DNA of 64,000 nt from assembly GCA_945861875.1 (NCBI GenBank), contig CAMAWC010000004.1, forward strand, positions 4,597 to 68,596, in the 5' to 3' direction. A program made the translations under genes and the position numbers. Shown piece by piece: positions 25,328 to 33,571 of the stretch (position 1 is its first letter; each line of letters opens with the position of its first letter). The stretch comes from Bordetella parapertussis (GTDB lineage: Bacteria; Pseudomonadota; Gammaproteobacteria; Burkholderiales; SG8-39). Under the pieces are notes generated by a model. It searched no databases. It saw nothing but the letters and a program-made list of their open reading frames with translations, and was not told where the DNA came from.

Positions 25328-25479
25328 TCGGGTGCAGGATTTTCTTTTGCAGTGCTCGCTGGTCCGTTGTAACCGCTCAGGCGGTGCCTCCAAGGTCGTC
25401 GTGTCTCTTCTCTCGAATTTCTCGCATTTTTTTGCATCGGGCGTTTTGCCCAATTTAAATTTTTAGGAAGAACAGATAC

Positions 25480-25686
25480 ATGGCTACCGGTACAGTTAAG
25501 TGGTTCAATGACGCCAAAGGTTTTGGCTTTATCACCCCCGAAGATGGCAGCAAAGACCTTTTTGCCCACTTCTCGTCCATCAGCGGCGACGGGTTCAAAT
25601 CCCTCAAAGAAGGCCAGAAGGTCTCCTTCGAAGTAACAGCCGGCCCCAAGGGTGACCAGGCAGTGGCCATCAAGGCGATCGACTGA
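25480..25686 (+). CDS. cspA: cold-shock protein, CspA family
   Basis: 68 aa. [23 protein letters not shown]...LFAHFS contains the RNP1/RNP2 motifs. Confidence 0.96.
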   Translation: MATGTVKWFNDAKGFGFITPEDGSKDLFAHFSSISGDGFKSLKEGQKVSFEVTAGPKGDQAVAIKAID

Positions 25687-25705
25687 TCGTTTTGCGTGTG
25701 CAGTA

Positions 25706-25733
25706 AAAAGCTCGGGAAACCGGGCTTTTTTTT
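25706..25733 (+). terminator. rho-independent terminator of cspA
   Basis: 7-bp stem agctcgg/ccgggct (one G-U pair) with a GAAA tetraloop, followed by T8. Confidence 0.8.
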
Positions 25734-25758
25734 CGCCTTTTGCCCATGGGGCTCTGAT

Positions 25759-25799
25759 TTGACCTGAATCAAATGCTCCCGTGAGGCGGGTTCTATGCT
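25759..25799 (+). promoter_or_regulatory. candidate FNR/CRP-family class II promoter of the extradiol dioxygenase gene
   Basis: Box TTGACCTGAATCAA 25759-25772 (9/10). The -10-like TATGCT 25794-25799 starts 28.5 bp from the box centre. The centre lies 105.5 bp upstream of ATG 25871. Confidence 0.55.
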
Positions 25800-25870
25800 C
25801 CAGCGTGTGCCGGTGGACTGCTATGCCGGTCGTATCGCATTTTTGAGTGGCGAAACGCTGGAGGACGATC

Positions 25871-26887
25871 ATGGCCGACAAACAAACCGTTCGCGAGCCC
25901 ATCCGGGATATCGCCCACCTCGGCAGGGTTGAACTGCTCACGCCCAAGCCGGACAAAAGCCTGTGGTATTTCCGCGATGTGCTCGGCATGGAAGTCGCGC
26001 ATGCGCAGGGCCAATCCGTCTACTTGCGCGGTTACGGCGATTACGCCGCAAGCACGCTCAAGCTCACCGATGCGTCCAGTGCCGGGGTGGGCTGCATTTC
26101 ATGGCGTGCGGCCAGTCCGCAGGCCTTGCTGCGGCGTGCCGCGGCTATCGATGCCACCGGACTCGGTCTGGGATGGAGTGAAGGTGAGTATGGCCGCGGA
26201 CGCGTCTACCGCTTTCACGACCCGGACGGCCATTTGATGGAAATCTATTACGACGAGGAGCGCTATGTCGCCCCGGCGCATTTGCGTTCCGCGCTGAAGA
26301 ATATGCCGATGAAGTACACCGGCCGCGGCGTCGGTGTGCGCCGCCCCGACCACCTCGCCCTGCTGGCGAAGGATGTGGCGGCCAACCGGCGCTTTGTGCA
26401 AGAGCAATTGGGCTTCACCCTGCGCGAACAGGTGCGCTTTGACAACGGCAAGGTGGAGATCGGCTCGTGGCTCAGTTCATCGCAGGTGCACCACGAGGTG
26501 GCCTATGTCACCGACGTCAAGGGCGGCAGCGGAAGGCTGCATCATTTCTCACTGTGGGTGGACAACCGCGAGGAGGTGCTGCGGGCGGCGAGCATCCTGT
26601 CCGAGAACGGCATATTCATCGAGGCCGGTCCGGCGATGCACAACAACTCGCAGGGCTTTTATCTGTATTCGTATGAGCCCGGTGGCAACCGTGTCGAGGT
26701 CTATTCGGGCAGTTTTCTTGTGTTCGCGCCGGATTTTGAGCCGGTGACCTGGAACGAAGAGGAGCGCGGCACCGGCGTCTATTGGGGCGGTGCGCTGCCG
26801 GAGAGTTTTCTCACCTATGCCACCCCGGATATTGCCGCCGCCATGCCCGCAGCCGCGAAAAAGCTGCCGGTGTTCGATCCGCACTAG
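25871..26887 (+). CDS. two-domain type I extradiol ring-cleavage dioxygenase (catechol 2,3-dioxygenase-like, VOC superfamily)
   Basis: ATG 25871 lies 5 nt after GGAGGA. Metal-ligand contexts RPDHLAL, LHHFSLWV and YSYEPGGNRVEVY are present. Confidence 0.8.
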   Translation: MADKQTVREPIRDIAHLGRVELLTPKPDKSLWYFRDVLGMEVAHAQGQSVYLRGYGDYAASTLKLTDASSAGVGCISWRAASPQALLRRAAAIDATGLGLGWSEGEYGRGRVYRFHDPDGHLMEIYYDEERYVAPAHLRSALKNMPMKYTGRGVGVRRPDHLALLAKDVAANRRFVQEQLGFTLREQVRFDNGKVEIGSWLSSSQVHHEVAYVTDVKGGSGRLHHFSLWVDNREEVLRAASILSENGIFIEAGPAMHNNSQGFYLYSYEPGGNRVEVYSGSFLVFAPDFEPVTWNEEERGTGVYWGGALPESFLTYATPDIAAAMPAAAKKLPVFDPH

Positions 26888-26904
26888 GGCACGTGGCTCT
26901 GGCA

Positions 26905-26996
26905 TATCCCCCGGATCAGTTCGAACTTATTTGACGCGTAGCGGTGCTTCGTCCATCAAGGCAATTTGCTCCTTAAGTTCCAGGATCCGGTCTTGC
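26905..26996. repeat. 92-bp perfect direct copy of the srkA 3' end plus 22 bp of downstream DNA (copy 1, non-functional)
   Basis: 26905-26996 is identical base-for-base to 27032-27123. Confidence 0.95.
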
Positions 26997-27010
26997 ATCT
27001 GAAACGAACA

Positions 27011-27028
27011 AAGGGGCGATGCCCCCTT
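27011..27028. terminator. short GC hairpin between the two repeat copies (possible bidirectional terminator)
   Basis: aaggggc-gat-gccccctt is flanked by T-rich tracts on both strands. The stem is short and bulged. Confidence 0.35.
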
Positions 27029-27031
27029 GTT

Positions 27032-27123
27032 TATCCCCCGGATCAGTTCGAACTTATTTGACGCGTAGCGGTGCTTCGTCCATCAAGGCAATTTGCTCCT
27101 TAAGTTCCAGGATCCGGTCTTGC
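27032..27123. repeat. 92-bp direct repeat copy 2 (the genuine 3' end of srkA)
   Basis: Identical to 26905-26996. It covers the last 70 nt of the srkA CDS (including the stop codon) and the 22 nt after it. Confidence 0.95.
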
Positions 27124-28055
27124 CAATAGCGGTGGGTGTTGAACCATGGAAACGCCGCGGGAAAGGCGGGGTCGTTCCAGCGCCGCGCAATCCAGGCGGA
27201 GTAGTGGATCAGGCGCAGTGTGCGCAAGGCTTCCATGAGGTGCAGTTCGCGCGTATCAAACTCGTGAAAGTCCTCGTAACCGGACAGCACCGCAGACAGT
27301 TGCTTGGTCATGGCGGCGCGGTTGCCCGAGAGCAGCATCCACAAGTCCTGGATCGCCGGCCCCATGCGCGCATCGTCGAAGTCGACAAAATGCGGTCCAT
27401 CGCCGGTCCATAGCACGTTGCCCGCGTGGCAATCGCCGTGCAGGCGCAGGTAGTTCACTTCGCCGGCGCGTTCATAACAATTTTCCACGCCGGCGAGGGC
27501 AAGATCGGCCGCGCTGGTCCAGGCTTCTTCGAGGTCTTCGGGGATGAAACGGTGTTCCAGCAGCCAGTCGCGCGGTTCATCGCCAAAGGACTCGATGTCA
27601 AGGTCGGGGCGGGCGTCGAAGGATGTGAGCGCGCCGACGGCATGGATACGGCCGATAAAACGCCCCATCCATTGCAGCGTTTCGCGGTCCTCGAGTTCCG
27701 GCGCCCGCCCGCCGCGGCGCGGATAGACGGCAAAGCGAAATCCGCCAAAGGTGTGCAGTGTGCTGCCCTTGATTTTGGCTGCCGCCACGACCGGCAATTC
27801 GCGCCCGACAAGCTCCGCGACAAAAGCATGCTCTTCGGCGATCTGTTCATCCGTCCAGCGCGCCGGGCGGTAGAACTTCGTCACGACGGAATCCGCTCCC
27901 GGAATGCCGTCTTCAAGATAAATCTGGTAGACGCGATTTTCATAGCTGTTGAGGCCGAGCATTCGCCCGTCGCCGCGCAGGCCCACGCTCTCAAGGGCGT
28001 CGAGTACGGTATCCGGTGTCAGGCCGGCATAGGGCGCTGAAGCGATGGCATCCAT
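27054..28055 (-). CDS. srkA: stress-response serine/threonine kinase SrkA (YihE/RdoA family)
   Basis: ORF trimmed to ATG 28055. LNSYENRVYQ, FYRPARW, LHGDCHAGNVLW and FVDFDDARMGPAIQDLWML are typical of YihE. Confidence 0.88.
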   Translation of the reverse strand: MDAIASAPYAGLTPDTVLDALESVGLRGDGRMLGLNSYENRVYQIYLEDGIPGADSVVTKFYRPARWTDEQIAEEHAFVAELVGRELPVVAAAKIKGSTLHTFGGFRFAVYPRRGGRAPELEDRETLQWMGRFIGRIHAVGALTSFDARPDLDIESFGDEPRDWLLEHRFIPEDLEEAWTSAADLALAGVENCYERAGEVNYLRLHGDCHAGNVLWTGDGPHFVDFDDARMGPAIQDLWMLLSGNRAAMTKQLSAVLSGYEDFHEFDTRELHLMEALRTLRLIHYSAWIARRWNDPAFPAAFPWFNTHRYWQDRILELKEQIALMDEAPLRVK

Positions 28056-28182
28056 GCCGGTATTGTACGTGTGCGGACCTTGAGTTTCCGCATAACTGCG
28101 TTCGGCGTACCTCGCGGCCGGTGGGGGGTGATGGCGTAAAATGCGGGCCAACAGGAATCAATACGTAAAAGAAGGTGGAGCG

Positions 28183-29175
28183 ATGCAGGTTCGTGCAAGA
28201 CGAACGTTTTGGGCCGCGGCGACGGTTGCCATGGGCATGCTTTATTCCGCATTGTCGTTGCCGGTAGCAGCGCAGGCCTGGCCGGTCAAGCCGGTGCGGC
28301 TGATCGTGCCGTTTGCCCCTGGCGGTTCGGCCGATACCCTGGGTCGCCTAGTGGCGCAAAAATTAAGCGAAAATTTTCGTCAAAACTTCGTCGTCGAGAA
28401 TCGCGGCGGCGCGGGCGGAGTCATCGGGTCCGAATTGGTGACGAAAGCAGTCCCAGATGGTTATACCCTGCTGGTTTCCGGTGTCGCCTCGCACTGCATC
28501 GCCCCGGCGATGTCGAAGGATTTTCCTTTTGATCCCTTGCGCGACTTCAGCCATATCGCCTTGTTCGGCGGTCCGCCGGGCGTGCTGGTGGTCCATCCTT
28601 CGGTGCCTGCCCGCGATCTCAAGGAGTTCATTGTGATGCTCAAGGCGCAACCCGGTAGTATCAGTTATGGTTCGCCGGGCAATGGCACGCAGGGTCACCT
28701 GCTGGGCGAGCAACTCAAGCAGGTCGCCGGCATCCAGATGACACACGTGCCCTATAAGGGAGCCGGTCCGGCGGTCGCCGACATGATCGCCGGTCACGTT
28801 GCCGCGGGGTCAACCACCTTGTCAACTGCGGCCACACAGATTCGGGCCGGAAAGCTGCGTGCCCTGGCGGTAAGTTCGGCCAGGCGACTGGCGGAATTTC
28901 CAGAGGTGCCGACCTACGCCGAACTGGGCTACCCTGAACTTACGGCGACCATCTGGTTCTCGCTGTCCGGACCCGCAGGGATGCCGCGCGAAATCGTCAA
29001 CCGCCTCAATGCCGAGGTCAGGCGCGTTCTGCAGCAACCGGACGTGCGCGAGCGCTTGAAGTTGGAGGGGATAGAGGCGGGAGACCTTGATCCGCAGGCC
29101 TTTACCGCGTTTGTCGCCGCTGAACTCAAGCGCTGGGGGCCGGTGGTGCGTGCCGCCGGAGCGCGTGCTGATTGA
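28183..29175 (+). CDS. Bug/TctC-family periplasmic substrate-binding protein (TphC/IphC-like position)
   Basis: ATG 28183 follows GAAGGTGGAG. Signal peptide followed by WPVKPVRLIVPFAPGGSAD. Confidence 0.85.
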   Translation: MQVRARRTFWAAATVAMGMLYSALSLPVAAQAWPVKPVRLIVPFAPGGSADTLGRLVAQKLSENFRQNFVVENRGGAGGVIGSELVTKAVPDGYTLLVSGVASHCIAPAMSKDFPFDPLRDFSHIALFGGPPGVLVVHPSVPARDLKEFIVMLKAQPGSISYGSPGNGTQGHLLGEQLKQVAGIQMTHVPYKGAGPAVADMIAGHVAAGSTTLSTAATQIRAGKLRALAVSSARRLAEFPEVPTYAELGYPELTATIWFSLSGPAGMPREIVNRLNAEVRRVLQQPDVRERLKLEGIEAGDLDPQAFTAFVAAELKRWGPVVRAAGARAD

Positions 29176-29193
29176 TCTGGAAAGGAAGGAACG

Positions 29194-30477
29194 ATGCTGA
29201 CGCAGGAACAAAACGAGCAACTTACGAAAACCGGTCGGGGCACGCTGATGGGCGATTTATTGCGCCGCTATTGGGTGCCGGCGCTGTTGGCGGAGGAGGT
29301 CGCCGAGCCTGACGGCGCGCCGGTGCGGCTGCAATTGCTGGGTGAAAAGCTGATTGCGTTTCGTGACAGCAGCGGCAAGGTTGGCGTGCTGGACGAATTT
29401 TGCGCGCATCGCGGGGTGTCGCTGTGGTTCGGCCGCAACGAGGAGGGGGGCTTGCGCTGCCCCTATCATGGCTGGAAGTACGATGTCACCGGTCAATGCA
29501 CGGAGCTACCCTCCGAGCCCGAGCACACGGGCATACGCCGCGACATGAAACTGGCGTCCTATCCGACGCTGGAGCAGGGCGGCGTGGTGTGGATTTACAT
29601 GGGGCCGCCAGGTTTGCAGCCCGATCCGCCCGGCCTGGAATGGACGCTGGTGGCACCCGAGCGGCGCTTTGTTTCCAAGCGGTTGCAAGAGTGCAATTTT
29701 TTGCAGGCGCTCGAAGGGGGCATAGACTCCAGTCACGTTTCGTTCCTGCACGCCGGTGCGCTGCACAAGGATCCGCTGTTCGTCGGAAGCCGCGGCAACG
29801 AGTACAACCTGCGCGATCGCATGCCGTTTTTTGATGTGGTTGATTTTGACGGCGGCCTGCTGATAGGGGCACGTCGCAATGCCGATGCAGACCGCTACTA
29901 CTGGCGGATTACCCCCTGGATCATGCCCTGGCACACGATTATTCCGCCGCGCGCCGGGCATCCGCTTGGCGCGCACGTTTGGGTACCCATTGACGATGAG
30001 CGCTGCTGGACCTGGAGCATCAACTACCATCCGGCGCGCGCGCTCAGCGACAAGGAAGTGACGGCGATGAATAACGGTGCCGGCATACATGTGAAATACG
30101 TCCCCGGCACATATGTTCCGCTCGCGAACAAATCAAACGACTACCTGATGGACAGGACCGGGCAAAAGCGCGGCGATACCTATAGCGGCGTGGAGGGCAT
30201 TTCGATGCAGGACGCGTCGCTGCAGGAATCCATGGGGCCGTTGCAGGACCGGGCCAAGGAGCACCTCGTGCTCACCGACAAGGGCATTGTCGCGACGCGC
30301 GCACGTCTGCTCAAGGCGGCAAAACTCAATCGCGATGGCAAGGCGGTGCCCGCGCTTGATGAAAAATCGCAGCGCGTGCGCTCCTGCGCCATCGAGTTGC
30401 CGCATGCGGTGCACTTCAAGGATGGCGCCATGGACGGCCTGTTCCGCGAACTCGATACCGATCCGGTGACGGTATAG
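29194..30477 (+). CDS. Rieske [2Fe-2S] aromatic ring-hydroxylating oxygenase, phthalate-family alpha subunit
   Basis: Rieske motif CAHRGVSLWFGRNEEGGLRCPYHGW. Mononuclear iron motif EGGIDSSHVSFLH. 427 aa. No beta-subunit gene is adjacent. Confidence 0.88.
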   Translation: MLTQEQNEQLTKTGRGTLMGDLLRRYWVPALLAEEVAEPDGAPVRLQLLGEKLIAFRDSSGKVGVLDEFCAHRGVSLWFGRNEEGGLRCPYHGWKYDVTGQCTELPSEPEHTGIRRDMKLASYPTLEQGGVVWIYMGPPGLQPDPPGLEWTLVAPERRFVSKRLQECNFLQALEGGIDSSHVSFLHAGALHKDPLFVGSRGNEYNLRDRMPFFDVVDFDGGLLIGARRNADADRYYWRITPWIMPWHTIIPPRAGHPLGAHVWVPIDDERCWTWSINYHPARALSDKEVTAMNNGAGIHVKYVPGTYVPLANKSNDYLMDRTGQKRGDTYSGVEGISMQDASLQESMGPLQDRAKEHLVLTDKGIVATRARLLKAAKLNRDGKAVPALDEKSQRVRSCAIELPHAVHFKDGAMDGLFRELDTDPVTV

Positions 30478-30484
30478 ACCGGCA

Positions 30485-31468
30485 ATGGCACTTCCGCGCA
30501 TAGCCATCGCGCTCGGGGATCCGGCCGGCATAGGTCCGGAAATCGCGCTCAAGGCAGCATTGGATGCGGGCGTTCGCGGGATTTGCCGTCCGCTGTTGGT
30601 GGGGGACCGGAGTGTAGTCGATGCGCACGCCAGGCTGTGCGGGCTTGCGCCGCCCATCAGGGGCTACCGGCAGGCGGCGGCGATCGATTGGGTCGCAGAT
30701 GGCCTTGCCATGCTGGAGTTGGACCAGTTTTCCGCCGAACCGTTTGCGCTCGGCGAGGTTCGTGCCGCACACGGCAGGGCTGCTTGCGACGCGGCGCAGG
30801 CGGCGATCCAGGCGGCGCTTGATGGCGAGGTCGATGCGGTCGTTGCTGCACCGCAGACGGAGACGGCAATAAAGCTGGCCGGCATAGCCTTCGACGGTTA
30901 TCCGTCGTTTGTCGCGCGCTGCACCGGGGTGCCGGCGGAGGACGCGTTTCTGATGATTTGCTTTGACGCTACGCGCATCGTCCACGCCACCCTGCATGTC
31001 AGCCTCAGGCAGGCGATTGAACTGATCACCCGCGAGCGTGTCGGCGCGGTCATCCGGGCGGCCGATACCGCGCTCAAGCGCATCGGCATTGCCAGGCCGC
31101 GTTTGGCCGTATCCGGATTGAATCCGCACGCCGGCGAAGACGGGCTGTTCGGGAGCGAGGAAAAAGAGTTTATCGGTCCGGCCATTGGCGCGGCAAAGGC
31201 GGCGGGGATCAATGTCGCGGGTCCGTTTGGCGCGGACACCATGTTCCACCATGCCGGGTACGACGCATTCATTGTGATGATCCACGACCAGGGACATATC
31301 GCGGCCAAGTTGCAGGCGCGTAATCGCACCGCCGGGTTGACCATTGGCACACCGGTTCTTTTTTCGTCCGTGGCCCACGGCAGTGCGCTCGATATTGCGG
31401 GAAAAAACCTCGCCAGCCCGGCGGCGGTAATAGAAGCCGTGCGGCGGCTGGCCGGCGCGGTGTCCTAG
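30485..31468 (+). CDS. PdxA-family NAD-dependent dehydrogenase (TphB/IphB-like cis-diol dehydrogenase candidate)
   Basis: IAIALGDPAGIGPEI N-terminus. GLNPHAGE..G and His-rich metal-site blocks of the PdxA family. Confidence 0.85.
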   Translation: MALPRIAIALGDPAGIGPEIALKAALDAGVRGICRPLLVGDRSVVDAHARLCGLAPPIRGYRQAAAIDWVADGLAMLELDQFSAEPFALGEVRAAHGRAACDAAQAAIQAALDGEVDAVVAAPQTETAIKLAGIAFDGYPSFVARCTGVPAEDAFLMICFDATRIVHATLHVSLRQAIELITRERVGAVIRAADTALKRIGIARPRLAVSGLNPHAGEDGLFGSEEKEFIGPAIGAAKAAGINVAGPFGADTMFHHAGYDAFIVMIHDQGHIAAKLQARNRTAGLTIGTPVLFSSVAHGSALDIAGKNLASPAAVIEAVRRLAGAVS

Positions 31469-33564
31469 AAGGCGAGGCTGGCGTTTAGCAGGATGGCGGC
31501 GGTGCGGCGCGGCGCGGTCTCGAAATAGCGCGCGTTGGTGTCGCCAACGATTATCGAGCCGATGTAGTTGATATTTGCGATGTTGTCGATGCGCAGGGTC
31601 TCGCTGAGGCGCCAGCCGCGGGCTTTTTGCTGAAAGCCAAAACGCATGTTGACGACAGTGTAGGCGGCTGCGGCGTCGCTGTTCTGGTCATCGACAAAGA
31701 CCTTGCTGGCATGACGCGCTTCTAGGGCGGTGCTGAATCCGTACGGCAGGTACTGCCAGCGCAGTTCGGCATTTTCAGAGGTGAGGGGCACACCGGGCAG
31801 GCGGTTGCCGGCGGCCACAGCGGGCGAGGTCGAACTGGTGAACGAATCGACATATTTTGCATCGACCATGGTGTAGGCGAAGTAGGCGTCAAAACCGGCC
31901 GGCAGCAGTGATTGCCAGGACGCTTCCCAGCCGTTGCGCTCGGTGCGCGTGGCGTTCTTGTAGATGGTGCGGCCGCCGGTCGCCGAGTCGACGACGATTT
32001 CATCGCTGGTATTGGTTTTGAAGCGCGCCAGGGTGACGCGGTTATCGGCGTTGATGCTGCCTTTTAATCCGATTTCGTAATTGGTGCTGAGGCCGGGATT
32101 GAGCGACCTATTCATGCCGGTGCCGCCGTTGCGATAGGCAAGTTCGGTAAACGTGGGGGTTTCGAAAGCGCGACCGGCACTGGCGTAGGCGCTTAACTCC
32201 GGGGTCAGGTGGTAGATGAGTCCGGCGACGGGGCTGGTATTGGCGAATACGATCTGCCCGCTGTCATCGGGATTTCTCGAGGTGACATAAAAATCTTGCA
32301 GACCCATTGAAACTCGGGTCGACCGGATGCCAAGGCTCAGGCTGGTGCGCTCGGTAAAACGCCAGTCGACCTGCGCAAATACATTGGTCGATTCGACACG
32401 GTTGTTTTCGTCGCGGCGCAGCGTTCCCATTTCGCCACCCCTATTGTCGAAGCCGCGGCGCCTGTCCTGCATCATGTCCTGCTCCAGGCCGACAGTGGCG
32501 GAGAGCGGTCGGCCGAACAGACTGCTGTCGACGATCCAGTTCAGCGAACCTCCGCCGAAATAACGTTGCAGGTCGACCACGCCGCCAGAATAGGTATTGA
32601 CGCTGGCGGTGGTTGGCACGGGGATGCTCTGGTACTGGCGGACATCCCGGTCGCCACCATAGAGCGCGAGGCGCAGGGTGTTGCCGGTGTCGATAAGTTT
32701 GTCGACAGTCAGCCCGACCTGTTGCTGCCGGGTGGCTTTACGGGTGTTGAACTGGATGGTGACCGGATCCGCCTGCCGCGGATTGGCCGCCACCTGCGCC
32801 CGGGTGAGGCCGAGCGGGTCGAGCGCATTGGGCTGGTTAAGCGAGTTGAGTATAAGCGAGGCCAGCGTATCGTCACTGACGCGCCACTTGACCTTGGCGT
32901 TGAATTGCTCGCGGTTGGCGCTGGAATGATCGCGCCAGCCATCGATGTGAAACTGCGACCAGTCGGCAATGTAATTGAACGCTCCGGATTGACCTCCGAG
33001 CTGAAGATTAAAGCGTTGCGCGCCATAACTGCCGGCCATAAATTCGCCGGACAAGGTTGGGCGTAACGGTCCGTCCTTGGTGAAAAGTTGGATCACTCCG
33101 CCGGGCGCATTGCCGTATAAAGTGGCGAAGGGGCCGCGCATGACTTCAATGCGCTGGGCCGACGACAGGTCAAAGGTTGCCGACTGTCCCTGGCCATCGG
33201 GCATGGTCGCTGGTATGCCGTCGGCGTAAAGTTTTACGCCGCGGATGCCGAAGTTGGAGCGAAAGCCGAAACCACGCACCGACAATTGCAGATCCTGCGC
33301 GTAGTTCTGGCGATTCTGGATTATCACTCCCGGTACGCGTCCGAGGGTTTCCGACAGGTTGACCTGGGGCTGGCCTTGCTGCAGTGTTTCGGCGCCCAGA
33401 ACGTCGATCGCACCTGGGATGTCTAGATTTCTGCGCTCAGTGCGTGTTGCGGAGACGACAATGCCATCATCGAGTTCCGTGGATTGTGCCGCGGCTTGCA
33501 GGCAGATGAGTATGCCCAGCGACCCCAGCGCTGCGGGCAGGACGGCATTTTGTTTGCCTGACAT
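31465..33564 (-). CDS. TonB-dependent outer-membrane receptor
   Basis: ORF trimmed to ATG 33564. Signal peptide. Plug region IVVSATRTERRNLDIPGAIDV. Beta-barrel ending in aromatic ...LNASLAF. Confidence 0.88.
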   Translation of the reverse strand: MSGKQNAVLPAALGSLGILICLQAAAQSTELDDGIVVSATRTERRNLDIPGAIDVLGAETLQQGQPQVNLSETLGRVPGVIIQNRQNYAQDLQLSVRGFGFRSNFGIRGVKLYADGIPATMPDGQGQSATFDLSSAQRIEVMRGPFATLYGNAPGGVIQLFTKDGPLRPTLSGEFMAGSYGAQRFNLQLGGQSGAFNYIADWSQFHIDGWRDHSSANREQFNAKVKWRVSDDTLASLILNSLNQPNALDPLGLTRAQVAANPRQADPVTIQFNTRKATRQQQVGLTVDKLIDTGNTLRLALYGGDRDVRQYQSIPVPTTASVNTYSGGVVDLQRYFGGGSLNWIVDSSLFGRPLSATVGLEQDMMQDRRRGFDNRGGEMGTLRRDENNRVESTNVFAQVDWRFTERTSLSLGIRSTRVSMGLQDFYVTSRNPDDSGQIVFANTSPVAGLIYHLTPELSAYASAGRAFETPTFTELAYRNGGTGMNRSLNPGLSTNYEIGLKGSINADNRVTLARFKTNTSDEIVVDSATGGRTIYKNATRTERNGWEASWQSLLPAGFDAYFAYTMVDAKYVDSFTSSTSPAVAAGNRLPGVPLTSENAELRWQYLPYGFSTALEARHASKVFVDDQNSDAAAAYTVVNMRFGFQQKARGWRLSETLRIDNIANINYIGSIIVGDTNARYFETAPRRTAAILLNASLAF

Positions 33565-33571
33565 TGTCGGT

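Noticed and set aside
25328-25479. Long untranslated region upstream of cspA, considered as a possible novel ncRNA
   Set aside because: A 5' UTR of about 150 nt is the normal thermosensing leader of cspA-family genes, so there is no reason to invoke a separate RNA.
26234-26247. FNR-like 9/10 match TTGATGGAAATCTA inside the dioxygenase coding sequence
   Set aside because: It lies within a CDS with no gene downstream to serve. About one such hit is expected by chance in a window of this size. It is kept as the background control for the intergenic boxes.
26914-26926. GTTCGAAC tract in the duplicated segment that resembles a tRNA T-loop (GGTTCGAATCC), raising the idea of a tRNA-type att site
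   Set aside because: No acceptor stem, D-arm or anticodon arm can be drawn around it. The segment is the 3' flank of srkA, not a tRNA.
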